Shown: in pieces, positions 25,277-34,440 of the stretch | Position numbering within the stretch: position 1 is the first letter of the stretch | Layout of the letters: every line of letters starts with the position of its first letter | DNA from: Streptosporangiaceae bacterium | Lineage (GTDB): Bacteria; Actinomycetota; Actinomycetes; Streptosporangiales; Streptosporangiaceae | Reading direction: 5' to 3' | DNA: 64,000 nt | Assembly (NCBI GenBank): GCA_035604275.1 | Contig: DATNIU010000249.1 | Coordinates: 2,587-66,586 of the forward strand | Program-made: the position numbers and the translations under genes | Notes under the pieces: generated by a model | What the model was told of the DNA's origin: nothing | Databases searched by the model: none | Seen by the model: the letters and a program-made list of their open reading frames with translations, nothing else

Positions 25277-26760
25277 GCACCCTGGCGCTCTGCGGAGCCA
25301 CCGTCGTAGTCAGCATCGATCCGGTGGAGCTGGCCGGCGCCGACGTGCTGATCGACGGTGACCGGATCGCGGCTGTCGGCCCGGCGCCTCCGGCCGTGCC
25401 GCGCCGGGACTGCTCGGGAACGCTGATCGTGCCGGGGAACGTCTGCGCGCATACTCACCTGTACTCGGCGCTGTCCAGGGGGCTGCCCTACCAGCTCCCG
25501 CCGCCGGAGAACTTCCTGCAGATCCTCCAGCGCATCTGGTGGCGGCTCGACCGCGCGCTCGACGAGCGGAGCATCCGCATGTCTGCTCTCATCGGCGGGC
25601 TGGACGCGCTGCTGGCCGGGACGACCACGGTCTTCGATCATCACGCCTCGCCGAATTTCATCGACGGCTCTCTCGACATCGTTGCCGAAGCGCTCGCCGA
25701 GCTCGGGCTGCGCTCGGTGCTGTGCTACGAGGTAACCGACCGGGACGGCGCGGCTGCGGCGGCGGCCGGCCTCGCCGAGAACAGCAGGTTCTGCAAAGCC
25801 AGCCGGCCGCTCGCCGGCGAGGACGCCAGGCGCCGGCCAGCCGGCCGGCCACTGCCCGGCGAAGGCGCCGGCTCGCATTCAGCCAGCTGGTCACCGCCTG
25901 GCAGGGACCCCGGCTCGCAGCCAGTCAGCGGGCCGCTGGCCCGCGGCCTGATCGGCGCGCACGCCTCGTTCACCCTGTCCGACGCGACGCTGGACGCGTG
26001 CGCGGGGACAGCCGCCGACGCCCGGGCCGGGGTGCACATTCACGTGGCCGAGGACGCCGCCGACCAGCGGGACGCGCGGGAGGCCCACGGGTGCTCCGTC
26101 GTGGACCGCCTGAACGCGGCTGGCGTGCTGACGGAGCACGCCCTGCTGGCGCACTGCGTGCACGTCGACGACCGCGAGCGGGACATCCTGCTCGCCTCTG
26201 GCGCGACAATCGCCCACAACGCGCGGAGCAACATGAACAACGGCGTCGGCTACAGCCCGGTCACCGCGAGCGGCGCTCAGATCCTGCCCGCGGGCGCCCG
26301 CGACCGGATCACGCTCGGCACCGACGGCATCGGAGGCGACATGATCACCGAATCCCAGGTCGCGTTCTTCCGGGCCAGGGAGGCGAGCGTCCGTACCCCG
26401 CAGTCGTGGCCGCTGGCCCGGCTCGCCGCATCCTCGCGCGCGGCCGGCCGGGCCTTCGGCGAGCCCGCGCTCGGCCGGATCGAGGCCGGCGCGCCCGCCG
26501 ACCTGGCCGTGCTCGACTACCCGGCGCCTGATCGGGTGTCGGTCGGCAGCCTGGCCGGTCACTGGCTCTTCGGCCTGTCGCCTGCCCACGTCAGGGACGT
26601 GCTGGTGGCCGGCGAGCTGGTCGTCGCCGACCGCCGCCCGACCCGCGTTGACACCGATCGGCTCGCGGCGGCGGCAGCCGCCGAGGTCGGCCGGCTGCGG
26701 GCCAGGCTGGCGGACATCCCGCCGCACGGCTTCACCCCCCGTGGCTGCGAGGCAAGATGA
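25273..26760 (+). CDS. SsnA-like amidohydrolase (cyclic amidohydrolase/aminohydrolase superfamily)
   Basis: [17 protein letters not shown]...FDHHASP...[10 protein letters not shown]...[13 protein letters not shown]...AHCVHV...[19 protein letters not shown] overlap with the upstream gene; the track start at 25081 is rejected. Confidence 0.8.
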   Translation: MSTLALCGATVVVSIDPVELAGADVLIDGDRIAAVGPAPPAVPRRDCSGTLIVPGNVCAHTHLYSALSRGLPYQLPPPENFLQILQRIWWRLDRALDERSIRMSALIGGLDALLAGTTTVFDHHASPNFIDGSLDIVAEALAELGLRSVLCYEVTDRDGAAAAAAGLAENSRFCKASRPLAGEDARRRPAGRPLPGEGAGSHSASWSPPGRDPGSQPVSGPLARGLIGAHASFTLSDATLDACAGTAADARAGVHIHVAEDAADQRDAREAHGCSVVDRLNAAGVLTEHALLAHCVHVDDRERDILLASGATIAHNARSNMNNGVGYSPVTASGAQILPAGARDRITLGTDGIGGDMITESQVAFFRAREASVRTPQSWPLARLAASSRAAGRAFGEPALGRIEAGAPADLAVLDYPAPDRVSVGSLAGHWLFGLSPAHVRDVLVAGELVVADRRPTRVDTDRLAAAAAAEVGRLRARLADIPPHGFTPRGCEAR

Positions 26761-27797
26761 CGATCACCTCAGCCGGCCGGGTGGCACTCTACCTGCAGGA
26801 CAAGCACCCGATCAGGGACGGCATGCGCTATGCCAGGTACGCCGAGTCGAAGGGGTTCGAAGCGGTGTGGCAGGCGGAGAGCAGGCTGGTCCGGGAGGCA
26901 ACGGTGCCGATGGCGGCCTACGCCGCGGTGACCAGCCGGATCAAGGTCGGCTCCGGCGTGATCCCGATCTGGACCAGGAACGTCAGCCTGCTCGCTGCGA
27001 CGTTCTCCACCCTGTCCGAGCTGGCCCCCGGCCGGATCATGATGGGGCTCGGCGCCTGGTGGGAGCCGCTGGCCGCCAAGGTCGGCGTGGACCGGCGCAG
27101 GCCGCTTCAGGCGATGCGCGAGGTCATCGAGGCGTCCAGGCAGCTGCTCGCGCTGCGGCGGGTGTCCTATCACGGGGAGTTCGTGCACCTCGACGACGTG
27201 GAGATCGATATCGTGCACGGCGACCGGTCGCCGCGCGAGGTGCCGATCTACATCGGCGCGACCGGCATGAAGATGATGGAGCTGGCCGGCGAGATCGCGG
27301 ACGGGGCGCTGCTCAACTACATGGTCAGTCCCGGCTACAGCCGGCGCGCGCTCGAGGCGCTCGCGGCAGGCGCGGAACGGGCCGGGCGCAGGGTCGAGGA
27401 GATCGACCGGCCTCAGCTGATCGTCTGCTCGGTCGACAACGACCGGGCCGCCGCGCTTGACCGGTCCAGGGAGCTGCTCACCCAGTACCTCGGGCAGCAG
27501 CCGCACATCATGAAGGCCAGCGGCGTCGATCCGGCGCTGATCGCGCGGATCGGCAAGATCCTGACCTGGCCGGCCGGCCCGGACGACATCCGGCGGGCGA
27601 TGCGGCTGGTGCCCGACGAGGCCGTCGAGATGATCTCGGCGTCCGGCACGCCCCGGGACTGCCAGGCAAAGGTCGCCGAGTACATCGCGGCGGGCGCCAC
27701 CTGCCCGGTCCTCTATCCGCTCGGCGACGACGTCGAGCTCATGATCGACACGTTCGCGCCCGGCGCGGCGCCCGCCAGGAGAACCGACAGCACCTGA
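26757..27797 (+). CDS. LLM-class (luciferase-like) oxidoreductase, probably F420-dependent
   Basis: [48 protein letters not shown]...[12 protein letters not shown]...[13 protein letters not shown]...[26 protein letters not shown]. Confidence 0.85.
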   Translation: MTITSAGRVALYLQDKHPIRDGMRYARYAESKGFEAVWQAESRLVREATVPMAAYAAVTSRIKVGSGVIPIWTRNVSLLAATFSTLSELAPGRIMMGLGAWWEPLAAKVGVDRRRPLQAMREVIEASRQLLALRRVSYHGEFVHLDDVEIDIVHGDRSPREVPIYIGATGMKMMELAGEIADGALLNYMVSPGYSRRALEALAAGAERAGRRVEEIDRPQLIVCSVDNDRAAALDRSRELLTQYLGQQPHIMKASGVDPALIARIGKILTWPAGPDDIRRAMRLVPDEAVEMISASGTPRDCQAKVAEYIAAGATCPVLYPLGDDVELMIDTFAPGAAPARRTDST

Positions 27798-27810
27798 ATC
27801 AGACCGGCGA

Positions 27811-27890
27811 GCAGTGCTCGCCAGGCAGTGCCCGCCAAAGCAGTGCTCGCCAGGCATTGCCCGGCAAGCAAATGCCCGGCAGGCAATGCC
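27811..27890. promoter_or_regulatory. 29-bp direct repeat pair plus GGCA-N-TGCC palindromes at exact 29-bp spacing (27824, 27853, 27882); candidate operator array or internal promoter
   Basis: Read directly. This is the only sizeable gap in the 19738-30821 gene string. The presence of the repeats is certain; the regulatory role is inferred. Confidence 0.4.
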
Positions 27891-27914
27891 CGACACAGCA
27901 AAGGGGTGGCAGTC

Positions 27915-28868
27915 ATGCGAAGCTTTCTCGGCCGGGACATCCTGTCCCTGAAGGACATGGAGCGCGAGGAGTACTTTCAGATCTTCGGTGTCTGTGACAC
28001 GCTCCGGCCGTACGCGGCCGAGCGCAGGAACGGCGATCTGCTGAAGCACAAGACCCTGCTCACCGCGTTCTACCAGCCGAGCACGCGGACCCGGCTGGCC
28101 ACCGAGGCGGCGATGCACCGGCTCGGCGGGCACGTGCTCGGCTTCGCCGACGCGAAGATGACCAGGGCGGGCGACTTCTACCAGGAGTCGATCAAGGACA
28201 CGGTGCACATGCTGGAGTACTACGGCGACGTCATCGCGATGCGGCACTTCCAGGAGGGCGCGCCGGCCGAGGCGGCTCGCTGGGCATCGGTGCCGGTGAT
28301 CAACTGCGGTGACGGCTGGGGCCAGCACCCGACCCAGGTGCTCACCGACCTCTACACGATCTGGCGGGACCGGGGCACGCTCGACGGGCTCAGGGTGCTC
28401 TGCGTCGGCGACATGCGGATGCGCACCATGCACTCGATCCTGCACGCCATGTCGCAGTTCGACATGGAGGCCTTCGTCGTCGGGCCGCCCGAGATGTCGC
28501 TGCTGCCCGAGTTCAAGGCCGAGCTTGACCAGCGGAACACCCGGTACCGCGAGGTGGAGAGCGTCCAGGCCTGCATCGCGGACGCCGACGTCATCTACAT
28601 GGAACCCGTGATCCAGGCCGATTACACCCAGTCGCGGGTCGAGGCGAGCAAGGACAACCCCAGCACGCCGGCCGCCTACCGGGTAACCAGGGAGCTGCTG
28701 CGCGCGAAGGCCAAGAGCGACGCGATCATCCTGCACTCGCTGCCCAGGATGGACGAGCTGCCGCCGGACGTGGACGCCACCCGGCACAACCGCTACTGGA
28801 CCGAGGCGTTCAACGGCGTGGTGCTGCGGATGGCGCTGCTCGCGCTCGTCCTCGGCGCGGCCGAGTAG
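27915..28868 (+). CDS. Aspartate-carbamoyltransferase-fold enzyme with a non-canonical acceptor pocket
   Basis: QPSTRTRLATE, QHPTQVLTD, RTMHS, LHSLPRMDELPPDVD, and a C-terminus collinear with PyrB. PyrB's YMTRVQKER is YMEPVIQAD here. ATG 27915 is preceded by AAGGGG. Confidence 0.85.
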   Translation: MRSFLGRDILSLKDMEREEYFQIFGVCDTLRPYAAERRNGDLLKHKTLLTAFYQPSTRTRLATEAAMHRLGGHVLGFADAKMTRAGDFYQESIKDTVHMLEYYGDVIAMRHFQEGAPAEAARWASVPVINCGDGWGQHPTQVLTDLYTIWRDRGTLDGLRVLCVGDMRMRTMHSILHAMSQFDMEAFVVGPPEMSLLPEFKAELDQRNTRYREVESVQACIADADVIYMEPVIQADYTQSRVEASKDNPSTPAAYRVTRELLRAKAKSDAIILHSLPRMDELPPDVDATRHNRYWTEAFNGVVLRMALLALVLGAAE

Positions 28869-28879
28869 GGGGCGCCGGC

Positions 28880-29857
28880 ATGCAGACTCATCTTCGCGGA
28901 CGCGACCTCATCGACCTCCAGGAATGGACCAGGGACGAGATCAGCACGCTGCTCGACGTCGCGTTCGCGCTCAAGCGCGAGCGGGCGCTCGGCCAGCCGC
29001 ACCCGCACCTGAGGGACAAGGTCCTCGCGATGCTGTTCTTCTTCCCGAGCACCCGCACCAGGGCATCGTTCGAGGCGGGCATGGCCCAGCTCGGCGGGCA
29101 CGCCCAGTTCATCGAGAGCCGGACCACCCAGATCGCCCACGGCGACACCGCGAAGGAGATCGGCGAGATACTCGGCAGGTACAACGACGGCCTCGCGATC
29201 CGGCATGTCGACTGGCAGCAGGGCAACCGCTACCTCCGCGACGTCGCCGAGGCGAGCCGGGTGCCCGTGCTCAACATGCAATGCGACATCTACCATCCGC
29301 ACCAGGCGCTGGCCGACCTGATGACGATCATCGAGCGGCTCGGCGATCCTCGCGGTCGCACCGCCACCATCAGCTGGGCGTACGCGTCCAGCTACGTCAA
29401 GCCGATCAGCGTCCCGCAGAGCCTGGCACTGCTGCTGCCGCGGTTCGGGATGAACGTGCGGCTGGTCCATCCGCCCGAGTTCACGCTGATGCCCGAGATC
29501 GTGGAGCAGGCCAGGCAGAACGCGCGGCTGGGACGGGCCGGCTTCGAGATCCTTGACGACTTCGACGAGGGCATCCGCGGCACCGACGTCGTCTACGCCA
29601 AGAGCTGGGGCGCGCTGCTCACCACCCCGGACGAGTCGCAGGGCGCCAGGATCATCGACTCCTACCGGGACTGGATCACCGACGAGCGGCGGATGGCGAC
29701 GGCGTCAGAGGACGCCGTCTTCATGCACCCGCTGCCGGCCGACCGGAACATCGAGGTCACCGACGGCGTGATCGACGGGCCGCGGTCGGCCGTCTACGAC
29801 GAGGCGGAGAACCGGCTGCACGCCCAGAAGGCCGTGATGGCCCTCACGATGAGCTAA
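28880..29857 (+). CDS. Ornithine-carbamoyltransferase-like enzyme with altered specificity motifs
   Basis: FPSTRTRASFE, YHPHQALADL, DVVYAKSWG (SMG in OTC), FMHPLPADRNIEVTDGV (HCLP in OTC), DEAENRLHAQKAVMAL. Confidence 0.85.
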   Translation: MQTHLRGRDLIDLQEWTRDEISTLLDVAFALKRERALGQPHPHLRDKVLAMLFFFPSTRTRASFEAGMAQLGGHAQFIESRTTQIAHGDTAKEIGEILGRYNDGLAIRHVDWQQGNRYLRDVAEASRVPVLNMQCDIYHPHQALADLMTIIERLGDPRGRTATISWAYASSYVKPISVPQSLALLLPRFGMNVRLVHPPEFTLMPEIVEQARQNARLGRAGFEILDDFDEGIRGTDVVYAKSWGALLTTPDESQGARIIDSYRDWITDERRMATASEDAVFMHPLPADRNIEVTDGVIDGPRSAVYDEAENRLHAQKAVMALTMS

Positions 29858-29873
29858 CCGGAGGCGGATCGGA

Positions 29874-30821
29874 ATGGACAAGCGGACGGCCGTCGTCGCG
29901 ATCGGCGGCAACTCCCTGATCAAGGACAAGTTTCACGAGACCATCCGGGACCAGTACATCGCCGCCAGCGAGACCTGCCGCCACATCGTGACGATGATCT
30001 CCGAAGGCTGGCGGGTCGCCATCACCCACGGCAACGGCCCCCAGGTCGGCTTCATCCTCAGGCGCTCCGAGCTCGCCGCCCACGAGCTGCATGAGCTGCC
30101 TCTCGATGTCTGCGGCGCCGACACCCAGGGCGCCATCGGCTATGAGCTTCAGCAGAACCTGTACAACGAGTTCCGGCGGCACGGCATCGACAAGGACGCG
30201 GTCACGCTGGTCTGCCAGACCGAGGTGGCCGCGGACGACCCGGCGTTCGCGAAGCCGAGCAAGCCGATTGGCTCGTTCATGGACGCCGAGCAGGCTGACC
30301 GGCGCCGGGCCGAAGGCTGGGACATCATGCAGGACGCCAACCGCGGCTGGCGCCGGGTGGTCGCCTCGCCGCAGCCGCTGCGGATCGTGGAGCTGCCGTC
30401 GATCAGGCGGCTGCTGGACGCCGGAACCGTCGTCATCGCCGCCGGCGGCGGCGGCATCCCGGTCGTGGCTGACGAGTCAGGCAGCCTGCGGGGCGTCGCC
30501 GCGGTCATCGACAAGGACCTGGCCTCGGCGCTGCTCGCCAATCAGATCGACGCCGACCTGTTCATCATCTCGACCGCCGTGGAGAAGGTCGCGCTCGAGT
30601 TCGGAACCCCGCGGCAGCGCTGGGTGGACCACCTGACCCTGGCGGAAGCCAGGGGATATCTGGCGGAGGGGAAGCACTTCGCGGCCGGCAGCATGGGCCC
30701 CAAGATCCAGGCTGTCATCGCCTACCTCGATGGCGGCGGCCGGGAGGCGCTGATCACCGACCCCGACAACCTGGAGCGCGCACTGGCCGGCCAGACCGGC
30801 ACGCGGATCACCCCTGACTGA
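29874..30821 (+). CDS. arcC: Carbamate kinase (ArcC/YqeA-like)
   Basis: VVAIGGNSL...VAITHGNGPQVGF...GGGGIPVV...GVAAVIDKDLASALLA...FAAGSMGPKIQA. Confidence 0.9.
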   Translation: MDKRTAVVAIGGNSLIKDKFHETIRDQYIAASETCRHIVTMISEGWRVAITHGNGPQVGFILRRSELAAHELHELPLDVCGADTQGAIGYELQQNLYNEFRRHGIDKDAVTLVCQTEVAADDPAFAKPSKPIGSFMDAEQADRRRAEGWDIMQDANRGWRRVVASPQPLRIVELPSIRRLLDAGTVVIAAGGGGIPVVADESGSLRGVAAVIDKDLASALLANQIDADLFIISTAVEKVALEFGTPRQRWVDHLTLAEARGYLAEGKHFAAGSMGPKIQAVIAYLDGGGREALITDPDNLERALAGQTGTRITPD

Positions 30822-32376
30822 CTGCCGGCAGGCCGGACGGCACGCCGGCCATCATCAGGCCGATCGCCTCTCTGCTGGTCGTCCGCGGATCGGCCTCGCT
30901 GATGATCATTCCCTCGTAGATGACGAGAATCCGGTCGGAGATGGCCATCACCTCGTCGAGGTCCTCGGAGATGACAAGCACGGCGGTACCGTCTGCCCGC
31001 TGGCTGACCAGCCGCTGGTGGATGTAGGCCGAGGCCGCCACGTCGATGCCGCGGGTGGGCTGAGCGACGAGCAGGACGGCCGGCGAGCCGGACAGCTCGC
31101 GGGCCATGATGAGCTTCTGTATGTTGCCGCCGGACAGGTTGCGGGCGGGTGTGTCCAGGCCCGGTGTCCGGATGTCGAACTCGGCGACGAGCTGCCGGCA
31201 GTGCTGGCGGATCGCCCGGTTGCGCAGGAATCCGAAGCGGGCGTATGCCCGGTCGGCGTTGGCCACCAGGATCAGGTTCTCGGCCACGGTCAGGTCGCCG
31301 ATGACCGCATCGCGCATCCGTTCTTCCGGCACGTAGGCCAGCCCGGCGTCGCGGACGGCCCGCGGGTGCCGCCCGGTGACGTCGGCCCCGGCGATCTCGA
31401 TCCGTCCGCTGACCGGCTGGCGGAGGCCGGCGATCGCCTCCGCGAGCTCCCGCTGCCCGCTGCCGGATACCCCGGCGATGCCGACGATCTCGCCCGAGCG
31501 CACCAGCAAGGACAGCCCGCGCACGGCCTGCACGCCACGATCACCGTTCACCCGCAAGTCGCTTACGGACAGCCCGACCGGGCCCTGCTGCCGGTCGGGC
31601 GGCACCCTGACCGTGGCGACCTGATGCCCGACCATCATGTCGGCCAGCTCGTCCATGGTCGTGTCGGCGGTGCCGACCGTAGCGATCTTCCGGCCGCTGC
31701 GCAGCACGGTGATCCGGTCCGACAGCTCGAGCACCTCGTGGACCTTGTGCGAGATGAAGACCAGCGACAGGCCGTTCCGCACCAGCGCGGTGAGCACGGC
31801 GAACAGATCGCGGACCTCCTGCGGGGTCAGCACCGCTGTCGGCTCGTCGAGCACGAGCAGCGAGACGTCCCGGTACAGGGCCTTGATGATCTCAACGCGC
31901 TGGCGCTCGCCCACCGAGAGCTGCCAGATGTACGCGGCCGGATCTACCTTCAGCCCGTAGTCATGCGATAGCTGGCGGATGCGCGCGGACACCCGGCCGA
32001 GGTCGGTCAGCGGGCCGCGCGATGACCTGACGCCCAGCGCGACGTTCTCCGCGACGGTCAGCGTCTGTACCAGCATGAAGTGCTGGTGGATCATGCCGAT
32101 GCCCTGCTCGATGGCCACTGCCGGCGAGGTGATGGTCACCCGGTCGCCGCGCAGCCGGATCTCGCCCTCGTCGGGCTTGTAGAGACCGTAGAGCACCCGC
32201 ATCAGGGTGCTCTTGCCGGCGCCGTTCTCGCCGAACAGGGCATGGATCTCACCGGGCGCCACGTCGAAGTCCACGTGGTCGTTGGCGAGCACCCCGGGGA
32301 AGCGCTTGGTAATGCCGCGCATCTCCAGGAGCGCTGGCTGGCCTGCCGAGGCGCTTCCCCGGGCTGCTGCTGTCAT
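30808..32376 (-). CDS. ABC transporter ATP-binding protein with two NBDs (BMP/nucleoside-sugar type)
   Basis: GENGAGKSTLM, LSVGERQRVEI, LVLDEPT, second LSGGNIQK. Start set to ATG 32376 (GGGAG upstream) instead of the track's 32544. Confidence 0.9.
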   Translation of the reverse strand: MTAAARGSASAGQPALLEMRGITKRFPGVLANDHVDFDVAPGEIHALFGENGAGKSTLMRVLYGLYKPDEGEIRLRGDRVTITSPAVAIEQGIGMIHQHFMLVQTLTVAENVALGVRSSRGPLTDLGRVSARIRQLSHDYGLKVDPAAYIWQLSVGERQRVEIIKALYRDVSLLVLDEPTAVLTPQEVRDLFAVLTALVRNGLSLVFISHKVHEVLELSDRITVLRSGRKIATVGTADTTMDELADMMVGHQVATVRVPPDRQQGPVGLSVSDLRVNGDRGVQAVRGLSLLVRSGEIVGIAGVSGSGQRELAEAIAGLRQPVSGRIEIAGADVTGRHPRAVRDAGLAYVPEERMRDAVIGDLTVAENLILVANADRAYARFGFLRNRAIRQHCRQLVAEFDIRTPGLDTPARNLSGGNIQKLIMARELSGSPAVLLVAQPTRGIDVAASAYIHQRLVSQRADGTAVLVISEDLDEVMAISDRILVIYEGMIISEADPRTTSREAIGLMMAGVPSGLPAVSQG

Positions 32377-32392
32377 CGTGTCCGCTCCCGCC

Positions 32393-33424
32393 TCAGTTCG
32401 TCGGCGGTGTGATGGCGCCGCTGATGATCTCGGCGGCGATGTGCTGTCCGGCGGCCTTGATCGACGCCGGCAGCGGATAGGACGGGTTGTAGACGATCTT
32501 CTCGCCGTTGTTGCCGAGCGTGATCGTGTAGGTCGCCCCGCCAAGCACGCCGCCCCGGATCGCCGTGATGATCTGCCTGATGACGCCCGTCCAGTCGTAG
32601 ACCTGGGACGCGACGACCTCGGTTGGCGCCAGCGACGACTGATCCCACTGGGTACCGAACCAGGCCACCTTGTCGCTCTTGGCCACGCCGATCGCCCCGA
32701 CGACCGACTGCGAGCTCCCGGTCAGCACGTCGGCCTTCTCGGACACGTAGGCCTTAGCAGCGGTAGCCATCAGCGTGTCGTCGCTGAACGAGCCGGTAAA
32801 GCTGACGTGCACGGTGGCTGACTTGTCGGCGGCCAGGGCGCCGGCCTTGAATCCGACCACATAGAGGTGGGCGTCACCTACGTCGATGGGGCCGATGACG
32901 CCGAGCACCTTGCTCTTGCTGAGCTTGGCCGCGACGTAGCCCTCTACGTAACCGCCTTCCTGAGAGTTCGCCTGGTAGGCGAAAACGTTCTTCAGCCCGT
33001 ATGTCACCCCCGCTGTGCCCCACGCGAAGGACGTCTTCGGGAACTGCGGGGCGAGCTGCTCGACCGTGCCGCCGAACTGCGAGCCGTGCGCGATGACCAG
33101 GTTGTAGCCCTCGGACGCGTACTGCCGCATCGCGTTGGCGGCGTCCGTGACATTGAACAGGTTGTCGGAGACCGAGAACGTGAAATGCAGCGGTCCCGCC
33201 AGAGATGAGACCGCCGCGTACATGGACTGGCTGAACGCCAGGTCGTTCCGCAGGCTCGGTTCGATCAAGGCGACCTTGAGTGTCGGCACGGACGACGAGG
33301 TGCTAGACGGCGACCCGCTGGTACTGGTCGGCGTCGAGCTTGAGTTTGAGCTGCAGGCCGCGGCCGTGAGCGCGACGGCCACGCCAGCAACTAGCATGAC
33401 CGGTCGCCGCAGGTGGCGTTTCAT
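32393..33424 (-). CDS. BMP-family (Med/PnrA-like) ABC substrate-binding lipoprotein, nucleoside-type
   Basis: MKRHLRRPVMLVAGVAVALTAAAC lipobox, Ser/Thr linker, and a BMP-like body (GVIGPIDVGD...SFTGSFSD). GGAGG lies 5 nt upstream of ATG 33424. Confidence 0.9.
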   Translation of the reverse strand: MKRHLRRPVMLVAGVAVALTAAACSSNSSSTPTSTSGSPSSTSSSVPTLKVALIEPSLRNDLAFSQSMYAAVSSLAGPLHFTFSVSDNLFNVTDAANAMRQYASEGYNLVIAHGSQFGGTVEQLAPQFPKTSFAWGTAGVTYGLKNVFAYQANSQEGGYVEGYVAAKLSKSKVLGVIGPIDVGDAHLYVVGFKAGALAADKSATVHVSFTGSFSDDTLMATAAKAYVSEKADVLTGSSQSVVGAIGVAKSDKVAWFGTQWDQSSLAPTEVVASQVYDWTGVIRQIITAIRGGVLGGATYTITLGNNGEKIVYNPSYPLPASIKAAGQHIAAEIISGAITPPTN

Positions 33425-33507
33425 GGCTTCCTCCAATAGCAGGCGAGATGGGACCTAGGTTTCGGCAATTGAGCTGCGGGCTCGCTGGTCGGTCGGTACG
33501 ACACGGG

Positions 33508-34440
33508 TCACCCGCCTCTTTCGTAGGGCTTGCCGAGGACCGCGGGCTGCCGGAAGCGGCGCGCCACCGAGACCAGGGCGAGGACGGTCAGCACGGCTGG
33601 TGCCATCGCGGCGATGTCGGACGCAGAGGCCGGGATGATGCCGAGCGTCTTCCACGTCACGACCACCGAGCCGACGATGCCGTAGAGCAGTGATCCGGCC
33701 ATCACGCCGAGCGGTCGCCAGGCGCCGAAGTACACCAGCGCGACGGCTATGAAGCCTTCGCTGTTGGTGAGGTCCTCCTGGAAGATCCCGATCAGCATGA
33801 GCAGGGTCGCGCCCGCCAGGCCAGCCAGGGCGCACCCGAGGATGACCGTCGAGTAGCGGATGCGGGTGACGCTCACCCCGACGGTGTCCGCCGCGGCGGG
33901 GTTCTCGCCTACCGCTCGAATCTTCATCCCGTACGTGGTGCGGTTGAGCACGAAGGTGAGCACTGGCACGAGCAGGAACGCCAGGTAGACCAGCCAGTTC
34001 TGGGTGAAGAACATGCGGCCGATGTCGGGGATGCTGTGCAGCAGCGGGATCGGCACCGCGGGGAGCGCCTGGATCGTGACGGGGGACGGGAAGAGCCTCA
34101 GCAGCAGCACGTTGGTCAGCCCGAGGCCGAAGAGGAAGACGCCGATCCCGCTGATTCCCTGCTCCGCCTTGAGCGTGACGCTCACGAACGCGGTGATCAG
34201 GCCCATCACCAGGCCGATGCCGGTGCCGGCCGCCGTGGCAAGCACCAGGCTGCCCGTCTTGGCCGCGACGAAGTAGGCGCCGAACGCGCCGAGCAGCATG
34301 ATGCCGTCGACGCCCAGGTTGACGACGCCGCTGCGCTGTCCCATGGTCTCGCCGAGCGCCGCGAGCAGGAAGGGCGTTGCCAGCTGAATGCCGGCCGCCA
34401 CGGTGGCGATCAGCACGGCGGCGGTGAAGAAGTGGCTCAT
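33508..34440 (-). CDS. ABC transporter permease (BMP-system, second permease)
   Basis: MSHFFTAAVLIATVAAGIQLATPFLLAALGETMGQRSGVVNLGVDGIMLLGAF. ATGA overlap with the upstream permease. Confidence 0.85.
   Translation of the reverse strand: MSHFFTAAVLIATVAAGIQLATPFLLAALGETMGQRSGVVNLGVDGIMLLGAFGAYFVAAKTGSLVLATAAGTGIGLVMGLITAFVSVTLKAEQGISGIGVFLFGLGLTNVLLLRLFPSPVTIQALPAVPIPLLHSIPDIGRMFFTQNWLVYLAFLLVPVLTFVLNRTTYGMKIRAVGENPAAADTVGVSVTRIRYSTVILGCALAGLAGATLLMLIGIFQEDLTNSEGFIAVALVYFGAWRPLGVMAGSLLYGIVGSVVVTWKTLGIIPASASDIAAMAPAVLTVLALVSVARRFRQPAVLGKPYERGG

Noticed and set aside
26769-28787. 672-aa minus-strand ORF.
   Set aside because: It is antisense to the LLM and carbamoyltransferase genes, which carry clear family motifs. 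Its composition is shadow-ORF-like.
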